Shown: positions 12,680 through 25,283, counted from the first letter of the stretch. The stretch: 64,000 bases of DNA from Camelus dromedarius (GCF_036321535.1 NC_087437.1:39744001-39808000), one strand, 5' to 3'. Notes: generated from the letters alone by a model not told the origin. A program made the numbers and translations.

Positions 12680-13260
12680 CCAAGGCATCTAGTGTATCTA
12701 TTCCACAGATATTTATTGTGTGTTCATTATGCAAAGAACAATGCCAACTATCAGACACACACACCCACAAACACACAAACACAATTTAAGGCTCCATCAT
12801 TCCCTTGTAAGAAGTTTATAAACATAATTGTTTGTAACTTTCTCAACATAACGAGAAAAGTTTATAAGCAAATAATTGTGTAAAGAACTAGAACAGATAC
12901 AGAAATGAAATTCCATGGATGCACAATAGCAAGCATGTTGTGTTTGGGATGCATGGAACACAGCATATTGGGATGAGGAGGGGTCTGGCCATGGTGTAGG
13001 CTGTAGCAGGAGGTGTGGGTGAAAGGGTAAGGGACAGAGTGAAGTCCCTAACGTGCTGTGCTCCAAAATTGCAATTCATCCAGTTGGAAATGGAGCACCG
13101 CCGTGGGCCTTCTCAGCTGGAAACGGCATGATGAGACTGTGATTTAGACGGAAAGAACTGACAGCAGTGGAGGAAGCTGAGGGCAGGGAAGAGATGCTAA
13201 CCGATGTCTGGAGTTGTTGTGATGGCCCAGCTGAAAAGCAGCGATAAGCAAAACTTTGGC
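12680..13260 (-). mobile_element. L2 LINE fragment
   Basis: Reverse L2 tail (atatttattg..) followed by degenerate L2 body (gcatgatgagactgtgatttag..ctgacagcagtggagg). Confidence 0.6.
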
Positions 13261-13354
13261 TCATGTTATCCTAAACACAGTACACCAAGCTACTCAGCAA
13301 GGCTGTCTTTAACTTTAACTACATCACGTAGGAACCAGTTGTGATGCAGAATCT

Positions 13355-13534
13355 TGCTCCTCAGAGTCTGATCCCTGGATAAAAGCAACAGTATCAACTG
13401 GGAAGGCTCCCTCCCCCCCCCGCCCCCATTAGAAATGCAGAAACTCAGTCCCATCCAGAAACTGCCAAATCAGAATCTGCATTTTAACAGGGCCCCCAGG
13501 CAAATGCATTCACAGTACTGTCAGAGAAGTACTG
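13355..13534 (+). mobile_element. MER5A/MER5A1 DNA transposon
   Basis: ttagaaatgcagaaactcag..aatcagaatctgcattttaacagg..ccccagg. Confidence 0.8.
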
Positions 13535-14504
13535 ATGTAAAGGAGGTATCTCTGCGCTTAGAAAGAGCAGGGTCCCTGGTTCTGTCACTTAACATCTTGG
13601 AATTTCCACTTTTTCCTCCATGAAACTAGGAAACGTGTGGTGACTGGCTGTAAGAGTTACATGTGATAATCAGTGTAGAAATGCTTCATGAATTCTGAAG
13701 CACATGCCAGATAGATGTAAGTTCATTTTATTATTGCGATCATTTTCTCTCATAACAAAGTCATACGCTTTATTGTTTGTAAAAAGAACTTTTGAACTGT
13801 AAACGTAGAAATGGTAAAAGGGGCACATTTGCAGAGAAGACATCAGAACATTAGGCACCAGGGTTGTTTGGTTTGTTTTAGACTTTTGTGCATATTATTT
13901 CCTTTGGGCTATACTGCTGTACTTCCAAGCTGCCTATGAATTCACAAAACCCACCTCCTCCTCTCTACTGAAACAAAGAAGAGGAAAAAGAATGACCCTG
14001 TTAAGTGCTACTCATTCAACAAACCTAAGGAGCTTATCCTTACCATATTTTTTCCTAGTTAAATAACCATTATCTTTAAAGTACACCCAGATTCCAGCAC
14101 TTCCATAGGTTCCTCTGGGAGGGTGTGGAGATGGTTTAGAGCGTAAGCCTACTTGTCTGCATCCTCCTGCCTAGAAGGGAAGTGATGATTGGCCAGATGA
14201 CCTTCTTTGGATTTTTTCAAGAGTTAGTTTCACAATGGCCTATTTTCAAGACCAGGCAAGTAAGCAGCTTGCACAGCAGCCCATAAGGTGTGCCTGGAGG
14301 GATCACAAGTCTCTCTTTCCTCCAGAAGATTTCCGCTCGAATGTGGTGCTGTATAGACCCAAAATTAGACTCAAATCTAGAGAAAAGACAGTATTTCCAT
14401 ATAAAAGTCTTTAAAAAAAAATGCTGACTAGCACATTGCCACATGTTAGTGGTGTATTAGAGCAAGCCACTCCAAAGGAAAGGGACATAAACCATGTGTT
14501 GGCT

Positions 14505-14630
14505 TAGCCACTCATTTCTTTATTCTCTTGCTGCATATTTATTGTGTCCAAATGTGCCAGACACTGTCACTCACAGTAAAGGGCAAAACAAGATGGAGAG
14601 GATGTCTGTCTTCATGGAGACTATAATCCA
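14505..14630 (-). mobile_element. L2 3' end
   Basis: catatttattgtgtccaaatgtgccagacactg..tcttcatggagactataatccag. Confidence 0.7.
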
Positions 14631-14633
14631 GAA

Positions 14634-14891
14634 CAGTAGTCCTCAAATGTGTACCATCACACTCCCTGACAAGAAAATTTGTTCAGCGTGCATTTCCAAC
14701 GTGTCTATATTTATTTATGAATTATTCACTATGTCAATATATTAATGCATATATAGTAATATTATATTAATAAATCCAAGTTTAAAATATGACAGTAAAG
14801 TAGAAACAAATCTTCAGAATTTTTTAAGATGACCTTAAAAGATCATCTCTTATCACCCCTGGCCTGTGAGCACCCAGTTGGGAGATCCCTC
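14634..14891. mobile_element. hAT-Charlie MITE (MER113-like)
   Basis: Charlie-type ends cagtagtcctcaaa...cacccagttggggagatccct with an AT-rich interior. Confidence 0.5.
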
Positions 14892-15732
14892 CCTTAGAGT
14901 AATTTCTATGAGAGAATTTTTTCCATAGGGACAATGTTTTCCAGAAGATACGATTACTTCAATCACCTCCAGAATCTGAACAAAAGAAATTGTATGAGTT
15001 GCTCAGAATCAGAGACCCAAAACTTTCTCTTCGTTTGTCTAGTAACTCAGCTCAGTAGATGTCCAGTAAATGATCACAGAATTGATAGACATAGGGAAGA
15101 ATGAGGGGGAAAGAGAGAGTGAGCATATGTATTATATAAAAGAATTATTTGTACAATAAGGGAAAAAATAGCTTGCCTGCCAAGAAAAAATATAAATATC
15201 TTGATGACTAGAATAATATAGCAATAATGATAATACAACAGAATAAAGTTCACATGTGAAAGACTGCATCTCCAGCTAACTGCCAATTAGCAAGCCGAAA
15301 TGTCTAACCATAGACCTCATCTCCAGAATTCCTGGGCACAATTTTCCTGAGTTCTCTCTCTTTTTTTTAATGGACAATAAATTAATTTTTACTATAAAAA
15401 AAACATTGTTTTTTGAAATGCACGTAGGTTCCTTAAAATTATTTACCTTGCCCATAATTCACTGAAAAGGAAATGGTGAGAGACATAGTCACCTAGTTAC
15501 ATGGCCTCACAGCTGACACCTATAACCATTCCCTTTGTTCAACATCAACCGTATTTTCTTTGTGGCAAATGACTTCTGCTGATAGTTGGTAATACTAATA
15601 TTTGTGTCATGTTATCAAAAACATTTCCTAAGAGGCATGGTTGCAGTGTTTTCAATAATATATTTATCTGTTACATCAAAGTTTTAGTGTAATAAACTTA
15701 TCACCATTTCTACTAGTTTCCCTCACACTTAC

Positions 15733-15892
15733 TGTCGGCTTTGACAAAAGGCGCTTTGTCAAGTGTGTCCCCATTAGAAACAGTTCCTTCAGGTGCACAG
15801 ACCAGCGCCAGGTTCTGCGACCAGCCTTCTCTGTTGAGTTCAGAACTCCCTATCAAGACTCTGTCCGAATAGAGCCTTCTCCGCTCTGAGAA
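15733..15892 (-). other. Candidate 160-nt exon
   Basis: Minus strand: CCATCTTCCTTTATTGCACAG|TTCTCAGAG...GCCGACA|GTAAGTG; one frame is open (FSERRRLYSDRV...KAD) but not recognised. Confidence 0.5.
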
Positions 15893-17165
15893 CTGTGCAA
15901 TAAAGGAAGATGGTTTGAGGTTACCACATGGGGAACTGCACTGTGATACCCCAGTGCCCAGATATCACAGGCTGGGGTGTAACAGCCTTTCAGGAATCCC
16001 TAGGTCACATTCTAGCAGTCTCGTCCGAGGGCTTGGGAATCCTGACTGTTTAGATTAAGATCACTGCTCACTCTGGCAAGGGATATGCTTGAACTGAAAA
16101 AGTCTAGTTTTGCCTCAGCTGAACTCTAAGGGTCTCCAAAGTTCCAAATCAGCTGGGGGAAAGGATTTTCCCAGGGACCCTTGTCCTCTTCAGCAATTAG
16201 ACCTCTCTCACAATCTGAAATTGCAAATGGTCCCTAAATCCCCAGGGGATTCTTATAGCAAAAATGCTGACATCCATTTTTATAGTGTCTGTGCACACAA
16301 AACATACACATATATGTATATACAAACATGTACATATACATATCTGTACACAGGCCTAGTATGGGCTGCTCACAATATTATATATTATAGGTCTTATTCT
16401 TCTCTTTTCAAAAATAAGGACACAGGGGCTAACAGAGTTTATAGAGCTTATTAAAGTCCCATCAATGGAACTCAAATATGCTTCACACAAGGAAAACAAT
16501 AACAAAAGTTCCTATTATACAATCATATCACTTTTATATTAGCATTGCTGCAATCGTGTCTTTCACAAGCATGTAGATTTGAGCCTAACTTTGGGTCTAT
16601 GCAGCACCACATACTTCCCTGGACTTCGGGGTGCTTGCTCATTTCAGGCAGTGACTCCCAACTCAGGAAGCTGGAAAGGAGAAGCCGCCCTTCCTAACGT
16701 GACCCCCAGTGTGGCCCCCTCGTAGTGAAAGGAGGTTCGTCCCCAGCAGTGACTCTTCCATCACGAGGAGAAATCTGACCCTTCTTTCAGATGTGTGGAA
16801 GAGGTGAAAAAGCCCTTTTTTTCTTACCAAGCGTTGGACTTAAATTCCTTCCCAGCCTACCCTCAGGGACCCTGGGGAGGCTTCTGAGCCATTATGAAAA
16901 GTGTCTGTGGCCCTCGTCTGTGCCACGATGGACAGACAGGCAGACACAAGTCGAACAACCGCAGCTGAGCTGCAGACGTGCGGTAGGCCCGGCTTCCGTG
17001 GCGTTCTGACCGGGCCTTTTCAACACATGAACATTATTTCTCAGAGCAGTAATCCCATGGTCCTTATTAAATTTTCCGTAGCCCACAGACCCCACCGCAG
17101 CCTTCCGTCCCACCCTGAAGAGCGCTCTCTGCTCCCAAGCCAAACACATCCTACCAGGGGCTGAC

Positions 17166-17350
17166 CTAGCTCGGCATCCTGTTTCACAGTCAAAGTGGAC
17201 AGCGGGATTTGCATGCCCTAACAAACGGAAGCCCCAGACTTCCTCCCTATCGGTTTCTTGTACAACTTCAGTAGAGTGTGTGACGGCAGAAGACAGAGAA
17301 GGTTTGGCGAAAAGGTGAAAGACGTTAAGGAAAGCTCCACTCAAACAAGC
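17166..17350 (-). other. Candidate 185-nt exon
   Basis: Minus strand: ATTTTTAACAG|GCTTG...GAGCTAG|GTCAGC, in unique CpG-retaining sequence. Confidence 0.3.
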
Positions 17351-18910
17351 CTGTTAAAAATATTCTGATTGGTTAAGATAAGATGTACTTTCATTTTCCT
17401 GAGACTTTTATCTTTATAGATAGGCTGCACAACCCCTAAGAAGGCCTTTGCTGAGTGTTTTGGAGTTGGTTGTTATTTTCAAACAGCATGTGCTGCGCTG
17501 TTTCCTTGGGGGAACACATTCCAATTCCTTAATGGGGTGTAATCAGTAACACGTTCGCTTCAGGCCTTCTAATGATGATGCTGTTAACGGCATCCACCAA
17601 AAGTCCTTTAAAACAGCTGTTTTCAACCAACTTTCACTGTGTATGTACTTTTGTGTGTTTAATGTACTTGGCAAGGGTTTTGAGAAAGCCCTCGCCTACT
17701 GTTTTATTTGTTTCCATTTATGAAAACATGCGTTCGCTGTGAAAATCAGATGCCTTTGTAAAGTTATCAAGGACCTCATAAGAAAAACGACCCTCTTCTG
17801 GTCATCATTGGTGATGGTTGAATCATCTCCAGTAAAACCTGCTTGGAAGAAACTTCTGTGCATTGGTTTAATGGTAAAAGGATCAGCACCTCTTCTTCAG
17901 GCAAACACTGTAGTGAGCCTATTTCTCAAATTGTGTGTTCTGAAATTAAAAAGGGGGGTGCCTAGTAGGGCCACCTGGACAAAGTTCAGAAGCAAAGATT
18001 TCCATTAGGCAGCTTGCCCCCTGCTCCCTGGAAGAGTCATAACCAGAGATGTCCGCCAAGCCCTATTGTCTGTCCCATTTATCAGGCCCCTGTTCTGAAA
18101 TGCAAGAATTATCCTCAACTCAGAGCTTTAGTAAGGACAGAACATGTTCCTTTCTTGTAACATTATCCAGCCAGGAAACAGGCAGCGTGTATAAATGGCC
18201 GGTTGAAGTCTGGTCTTTGTTTTCTGTCTTCCTCAGTTGACAATGCTTGCAGCAATGGAACAGGCCAAAATCAGGCTGCCAACCACCAGGTTGCATCAAA
18301 CTGTAAAAGCAGGGAAAAACTTTCCCTGCCACCTTATGCCCAACAAACTCCCCAAAGCATATAGGATTGTTGCTATATTATCAATTTATCAGGAATTTGT
18401 AACAGGGCATGTGATTTAAAAAAAGAAAGCAAACAAGAGGGTGGGATCACAGACAATTGCCCACCACCTGCTGAGTGCTGGAGCTGAGGGGGCATCTCTG
18501 AAATCCCACTGCCCTGAGAAGGCCCAGAAGCTGTTCTTTTCTGCTTTGCCTCCCTTATTCTAATCTCCTCATTTCCTCAATGATGAGATTATTCCTTAAT
18601 CCGTAATCACTGGGAAGACAGACGCTTACACAAGCAGGGGAACCTCAGGCCTTGTTTACTCGGCCTCCTCCGCGAGTCCTGAACAGTGAATCTCACCACG
18701 TTCCCTGCGCTCAGTGTGATCCTGATACCAAGGCCCAGCTTGGCAGCGGGCATCCTATTTCCTGGGCCCTCAGAAGATAGAAAATATCACATTTCTGTTT
18801 CATGCTACCCTTTCACTCTGTTGGCCACGCTTGGCTGCCTGTACAAGTCGCCATTTCACTGTGGCAGCAGCACTTACAGGGACTCTTAACAGGTGAGGCC
18901 TCCAGCAAAC

Positions 18911-19030
18911 ACGGGCTCCGAGCAGGCCCGGGAAGGCGGCAGAGGGCGGCCCGGCGTCTCTGCTCCCTGCTCCGAGACTCCTACCGCGAGGCCTGCTCCG
19001 TGACAGCCCACTGTCCCGAGGCAACGGCGC
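18911..19030. promoter_or_regulatory. Small CpG cluster
   Basis: About 14 CpGs in about 120 bp against a CpG-depleted background. Confidence 0.5.
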
Positions 19031-19940
19031 AGTAATAAGATACACAACAAATAATGGGGTTTTTTTTGCTGGCAAAATATATACTCAGGTAATTAAATTG
19101 TTAACATGATGGATGGCCTTATTTTATATTTGAATTCAGAGTGACTTTCTGTATCATTCAACGAAAATGGCTTGATGTTACAAAAAAGAACAATAACAAC
19201 ACCACAAACCATAACTCCAGAGAAACGGGAATATAGATTTTTGTTCATTTATTTAAAAAAACAAACATAGGTAGTTTTCACTGAGCTGGGTTGTAATGTT
19301 TACCTGAAATGCATGGGGCTGGTGCTCAAATTTTCTACTCATTACTTCTTTGTCCTAAATTTTTAGTGCCATATCCTAAAAGGTGAGGCTATAAGAAACT
19401 TGCCAATGGATTTGCTTTTTTTTTAATGCAGGAAGAGCAAGAATGCATTAGACAGACCTATTGTTCAGAAGGTTCCAGAAGCGAGACCCTAGTGTCTGAG
19501 TTTAAAATGCTAATGGACATCCACTTTGCCCACGTTGTATCCCAAATGACAATATGTTTTGTGCCCAAGGCATGATTCTGACAAAATCAATAAACTACCC
19601 TAAGTTTGATAAAAGTTTTACAAAATATCCAGGACGTTTAGAGTAATTGTTAACATCTGTTCATTATTCAGCAGTGTATGCAGGTTTAGAAGCCAGATAA
19701 ATATATTCATTCCTCAGCAGCTAGTGTGTCAGTGCTACCTCGGTGGTGACATGAAACAGTTAGACATTAGAACTTGCCTTAGTCTTGGGTTCAGAGAATA
19801 CAAATGAACCATTGTGAAAAAAAATGGAACGTTCTGCTTTCTCTGTGTTTTACCCTGAGACAGAGCGGGAGAGAGAGAAAAAGGAAGGGGGCAAGTTTTG
19901 GTCAAGAAAATCTTGACTGCAAACCTGGGGAATAGGCAGG

Positions 19941-19972
19941 GATGGATAGATAGATAGATAGACAGATAGACA
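19941..19972. repeat. (GATA/GACA)n tetranucleotide repeat
   Basis: gatggatagatagatagatagacagatagaca. Confidence 0.9.
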
Positions 19973-20382
19973 GGTAAATAAATAAAAAGTCAAAATTTTA
20001 GAGAAGGGGTCTGAAGACATCAATCACTTCTGCAGCATAAAGAGCAATTTTCTTGCTTATTCTCCAAACACAATTCAGTTTTGATTTTTTTCTTTCATTT
20101 TACAATATAAGAAAGTTACATCTACACCAGAAGGGTGAAATAGGCTTTTGAAAATAACATTGTAAAGGTTTCCTCTATCAGCATGAAATTCGTTCTTAAA
20201 AGAGAATATCCACCAACTTACAGCTGACTTGTTCTAAGTGAAAATCAGCCTCAGAGTCATCATTTAACAGTACCAAGAAATTATTAACCAAATCACATTC
20301 ACCCTTACTGGTATACTGTGGGATGGGGAGGCATCTCAAGTCGTTTTATGTGAGGTTTTGTTGTTTTATGTGCTATGTATGG

Positions 20383-20404
20383 GTGTGTGTGTGTGTGTGT
20401 GTGT
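20383..20404. repeat. (GT)11 microsatellite
   Basis: Directly visible. Confidence 0.95.
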
Positions 20405-21924
20405 TCCAGGTGCCCTTCCAGTTGTCTCAGTGACCCCTAGAGATGCTAATAGATCTCAACTTATGGGTTCCTTGAGTATTTGAAGCTGAGCTGATTATTA
20501 ACTTTTCAACTACCTCGCATTATCCTCAATCAGGATTGTGTAAAATAGACTGAATAACATCGCCTCAAGGTTTACCTCTTCAGTGAGGGACTAAAGCTAG
20601 CCATATGCCTATGAAAGATGCAAAGATTCCAGAGAAAATGGTTTTAGTAGAAGAAAGTCACTGGTCAGCATTGTTGCATTTTTCTAAAGTGTAGGTCTGT
20701 AAACTCACTACCATGCACATACGCAGAGACTGCCACGTGAAAGACATTTAATAAAAGTTGGTTGAACTAAATACCTAAAACAATCCTATATATCTGTATC
20801 TAAAATCCAGTACAATCTGAGAGATCAGTTAAAACACTAGATTTCTCTATGAGGACCAGAAGATTAGCAAGGTAGAGATGAGAAAATTAAGAGAGATGCT
20901 GTCTAGCTAATTAAACCTGTAAAAGAAGCAAGACCCTCTTCATGGATTGTTCTGTTAACTAACCTGTAATTATATTGTCAATTGCATTAACTTCATTGCC
21001 CACTAATAGAGTACGTTTCAAGGGAGGTAGTCAATGTGGGGATGGTTATTTATTTTTATGTCCTAATTAATCAGTACTGACACCAAACCACATCCTTCCT
21101 CCTTACTCATTATTTAAATGACCCATTTATATGGATGAACCTCTTCGCTTTGTGCATTTCATTATCACATTAACATGCTTTCAGAACAAAAAGGGTTGTT
21201 TCTGCTTCAGCAAGTACTTTGACCAAACAGCCACTTGAGCTACTCCTGACAGGCTGTGCAACTCTCGTCTCTCACTGGGCATTTATATTGGCCAGTTGGA
21301 GTTTGACTAACATCAAATGATCGCTACTTAGAGGGAAAAAAAAAATTCCTGATAAATTTTGTAGCACTTGGATAGGGGTGGAGGACTTAGCTTAGGAACT
21401 GCAAGCAGGAATTCTAACTTTTCATCCAATGTTGGGAAGCAGCTTTTATTCAGTCAGTCATTTCTTCTTATCTCTTACATGGAAATCTGAAAATAAACCC
21501 TTCCTCTGAGCGAGGTTAGAATCTATTGGAGTCATCAGATTGAAATATAATTTAAAAGTAACTTTGGGAGCCGTCCTGTGGGATATAATTCCCCTCTAGA
21601 GAAGGCTCTGGGAGCTGTAACTCTCTTGGATTGCTGTAGCTTTGCCATCTAACAAAAGGTTCTGTGCTTAGACTATATCTTGAGATGCCAACATCACTAA
21701 TCTTAAGCATATCAACCTTGATACGAGCCCAGAAAATAGTGTTGGGGAGAGCACTGATGCCTTAATATGACCTGATAAAAGGTCTTTCCCCCCCAAATTT
21801 TCCCTTAGAAAAGAGGAAGCATGCTATATTCGGATGTTAGTAAAATCTCTATATTACAGGGAGCACGCTCAAGGTACTTTTGGAGAAAATATGTTAGCTG
21901 GGGGAAAAAAAACTGAAAACAAAA

Positions 21925-22400
21925 GTTGATTTGGATGATTATAGATGTCACAGAACGGAATTATTTTTAAGAAGAGGCAACAACATTTAACCCAGATTTA
22001 TTAGCTTTCCCTTTGGATATGATCTCACAATTTCAAATGTTTGATGGACTGCATTATAATTTTAAGACAGTTTTTAAAAGTATATAGGAAATGTTCTAAA
22101 AAATAAATAAATAAATAAATGAAAGTATATAGGAAGAAGTTACTTTGTGGAGTCAGTCCCTGAATATGTACCCACAGGACACATTAAAAAAAATAGTTCT
22201 GAACTTATATTATTGGCTACTTGGACCTGAGATGAACCTCCTGGTGACAGCCACATACACAAATTGTAAAAGTGATGTGTCTCAGATACTATGGATGCAA
22301 ATGAAGAAATACATTCTTGAAAACTTTTGGGTGACTCAACCAACACACTTTAATGATGCTGATGATGTATATTTTAATTTTGAAGAGATGATGCCATAAA
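21925..22400 (+). mobile_element. Fossil pogo/Tigger-type (TcMar) transposase, DDE_1 C-terminal half
   Basis: Frameshifted translation LDDYRCHRTE..FNPDLLAFPLDMISQFQMFDG..PTGHIKK..W..DSHIHKL*K*CVSDTMDANEE parallels pogo-family LDSFRGH..IPGGMTSQLQPLD..TPTG.IKK..FKKC.ISNAMDG.ED. Confidence 0.75.
22077..22135 (+). mobile_element. 31-bp A-rich retro-insertion with 14-bp target-site duplication
   Basis: aaagtatataggaa at 22077-22090 and 22122-22135 flanks atgttctaaaaaataaataaataaataaatg, preceded by TTTTT/AAAA. Confidence 0.8.
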
Positions 22401-22879
22401 AGTAAAATAAAGCAATACTTCTAGAGTCATAAATACTACAAACATCCTTTGTTAATGGTAAAAAAAAAAAAAAAAAAAAGCATCTTTGTTTTAGTTTCCG
22501 CCTGAGCAACACCAGTTATGACTCTTATTTATTTTGAGTCCCTTCTAACAGGGTATGGATATACTTGGATGTGGTGGTGGTTTTTAGGTTCTAGCCTGAA
22601 GAAAAATTTTCAGTTTTTAGAATGGATCAGAACAAACAAAATCATGACTTACATTCCATAATTTCGTTTACTTTTGGTGCTTTTCTCACGTTTTCAACAG
22701 TTACCAGCCACCTTCCTACCACCACTCCCACCTCTGTGGTCTAAGAATCCATTCATGCTGAATTCCACTTATTAAAAGGAAATCCTTCTGTGTACTTTAC
22801 CTAAATCCTGCATCCTTCAGTTGAAGCTCATTTCATATTACTCAGACTTCTCTGAACAGTAGTCCAGCCTCATCTCTTG

Positions 22880-23010
22880 ATGGGAAAGATCCATTATTTG
22901 AAAATAGTCAATAAATCACTCTTTATCCTTCATTTCCCCCACTTGAATAAGCCCAGCTCCCCAGGGCTTTCTCTACAAGGCTCAATCTCCAACTTGCTAT
23001 CAAGGAATAA
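22880..23010 (-). mobile_element. L3/CR1 fragment
   Basis: cttcatttccccacttgaataagcccagctcccc..ctttctctacaagg resembles the reverse CR1 3' region. Confidence 0.4.
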
Positions 23011-24549
23011 CTGAGTTCCTGGGAGAATTAGTCATATATTATGACTAATTATAACATTACATACCACATAAGACTATAATGATTATTAATTTTAAATAGT
23101 AAATACAATTGCCATAAAACTTGGCTTATGCCTTCCTCTACGTTCCTCAGGAAATTCTCAAATTTCTCCTTGACTACCTCAGCCTGCTTCAGAAATGCTC
23201 AATCCTCTGTGTTAGTGACAGAGGAGATCAGTTTATATTTAGGAGAAGTAGGCAAATGTCTGGTATGGAACACATTAAAACTAGGGAAATCTGTTCTCTT
23301 GTAACCTAAGCCAAGATCTCCAAAACTAAAAGGCAAGTTAATTAGCCCACTGGATATAGTCCTCATCAGAGCATCTATTTATTGAAAGTGGGCTCTATTT
23401 CAAGCCTCAAATGTACAAAATTTTCTGAAACGTTTCTTTTAAGCAGTGCATACACACTGACCTGATGAAAATCTGTTTTGCTTTGTTTTGGGTAGATTTG
23501 GCTATTCTGCATGTTTCACATTGGGTGTTAGAGTCCATGTCCAAATTAGAGTGTCACCTCGAGGATCAGATATTCAAATCTGCAAGATTTGGATCACGGG
23601 ACTAATGCCAGCAGGCGCCGTGTACTTCAGGAAACACTCAAGAGCTGATATTTATGTCAATGGCTTTATATTTTTGAATTTACTGCCTAACTTTTGTGTA
23701 TGGGACATGAAACATGACCCTGATACCAGATGAATGCTTAGATAACTGATTCAGTACCTTACATTTTAAAGAGATTAAACTGATAGAGGATGAAACAGCA
23801 TAATGTGGAAGGATGAAATGCTGCTGCCCTCTCCCTTCTGAAACTCACGATTAAAATTTGTTGCTATCCTCTTTCTTTTTGTTTGCTGAAGATGCCAGAG
23901 CCTTATTGCAATCTCTGTGCTAATCCTAGAAGATGCAAACAAGTCCCAGTGTACCTCCCAGATCCTCAAGGTCAGATTCAAAAGAACATTAAAAAGAGCC
24001 TTAAAAAGCTCACAAGGGCCACAGGCTGTGTGACAGTAGGGTCTAGGAAGGGCAGGGGATTTCTGGTGGGGCCTCCTCTACCCAATGATCGTTCTTGTCA
24101 TCAGAGTTCCCCAAATCAGCCTGATAGGAGATTGAAGATTTGAATCTGGGCATCGCAGAAGGTTTGCAGGCTCCCAAGGAATGGAAAAGATCTGGATCAA
24201 ATTATATTCAACTCAGAGGCATGTGGGGCATTCTAATGACTTCCATTACCCTCATGGTCATCATGGGTGGTGAAGCTCATTAAGGTTCAATCACAAAGAT
24301 TAGGACTCAGAGTACGTCAGACCTGAGAAAGACATTACGTGGACCACCAAAGCTCGGTGAAGGGAAGCGACTTGGCCAAGACCTCAGCTCCAGGCCATCT
24401 TATAACCAACAGCAGGTCCCTCCATGACTATCAAACAGATGGCTACTACTCATCTTGTAAATACCTGTCTCAGGAGGAGTTAGCTGGAACAAGTCAACAG
24501 AGCATGCCAAAATTCAGAGAGAAGAGTTGCCTGGCATGAGCAGTGCTTT

Positions 24550-25172
24550 CTAGTCCAAGCCACCATCAACAGTCTCCTGGAATTCCAGGGAAGGCTCCCG
24601 ACTCTCTTGTCCAGGCTTCCCTGCAGTCTATTTCCACACAGCAGTTGAGGTCTTGCCCTGTCCTTACATCACACTCAGTCCAGACTCTTCACCATGGCCT
24701 TTGAGGCCCTACCTCCTCCCTCACTACTCTTCCCACATTCTTTCACTCCAGCCTGGAGTGACTGGTCACTGGTTCTTCGAACAATAAGCTTGTTCCGTCC
24801 TCGGGCTCTTTACCTTTACTGTTCCTCCCTCAGTCTAGAACGTTTTTCCGACAACTATCACACAGCTCGTTCTGTCACTGCCTTCAGCTCTCTGCTCAAA
24901 TGCCCCCTCAGAGGGGCTATTCTTGCCCCTTCTCTTGAGTACGAACTCCTCTGCATGCCACCCCTCCTTCCTCCTTTACCCTCTGTCCCCACGCTTATCT
25001 TCGTTTCTCTTTATAGCAGCTGTCCTTACCAAGCATTACATATTGACTCATTTTTGTGTTCATTGTCTTCTCTCCCACTAAAAAACTCCAGGAGGGCATG
25101 GAATTTGTCTAGACTCCACAACAGTGCCTGGAACATAGTAGGTACTCAGTGTATATTTGTTGAATCAATGAA
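24550..25172 (+). mobile_element. L2 (L2a-like) 3' region
   Basis: ctagtccaagccaccatc...acagtgcctggaacatagtaggtactcagtgtatatttgttgaatcaatgaa. Confidence 0.85.
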
Positions 25173-25221
25173 CTGACACCTTATGAACTACCAGTCTATC
25201 TATCTATACATAGATATGCAT

Positions 25222-25223
<2 letters not shown>

Positions 25224-25282
<59 letters not shown>
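25224..25282. repeat. (AC)~29 microsatellite
   Basis: Directly visible. Confidence 0.98.

Positions 25283-25283
<1 letters not shown>

Noticed and set aside
15980..16050. miR-145-like words (caggaatccct...gggaatcctg) forming a loose hairpin
   Set aside because: The mature miR-145 sequence and seed are absent and the stem is poor; more likely a decayed MER5-type remnant or chance
17570..17660. Box C-like ATGATGA suggesting a C/D snoRNA
   Set aside because: No CTGA D-box or terminal stem at a suitable distance
22400..22480. AATAAA plus A20 suggesting a processed pseudogene
   Set aside because: Upstream sequence is better explained as a Tigger-type transposase fossil; no TSD or mRNA homology seen
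24694..25176. 160-aa ORF
   Set aside because: Lies entirely within the L2 3' region
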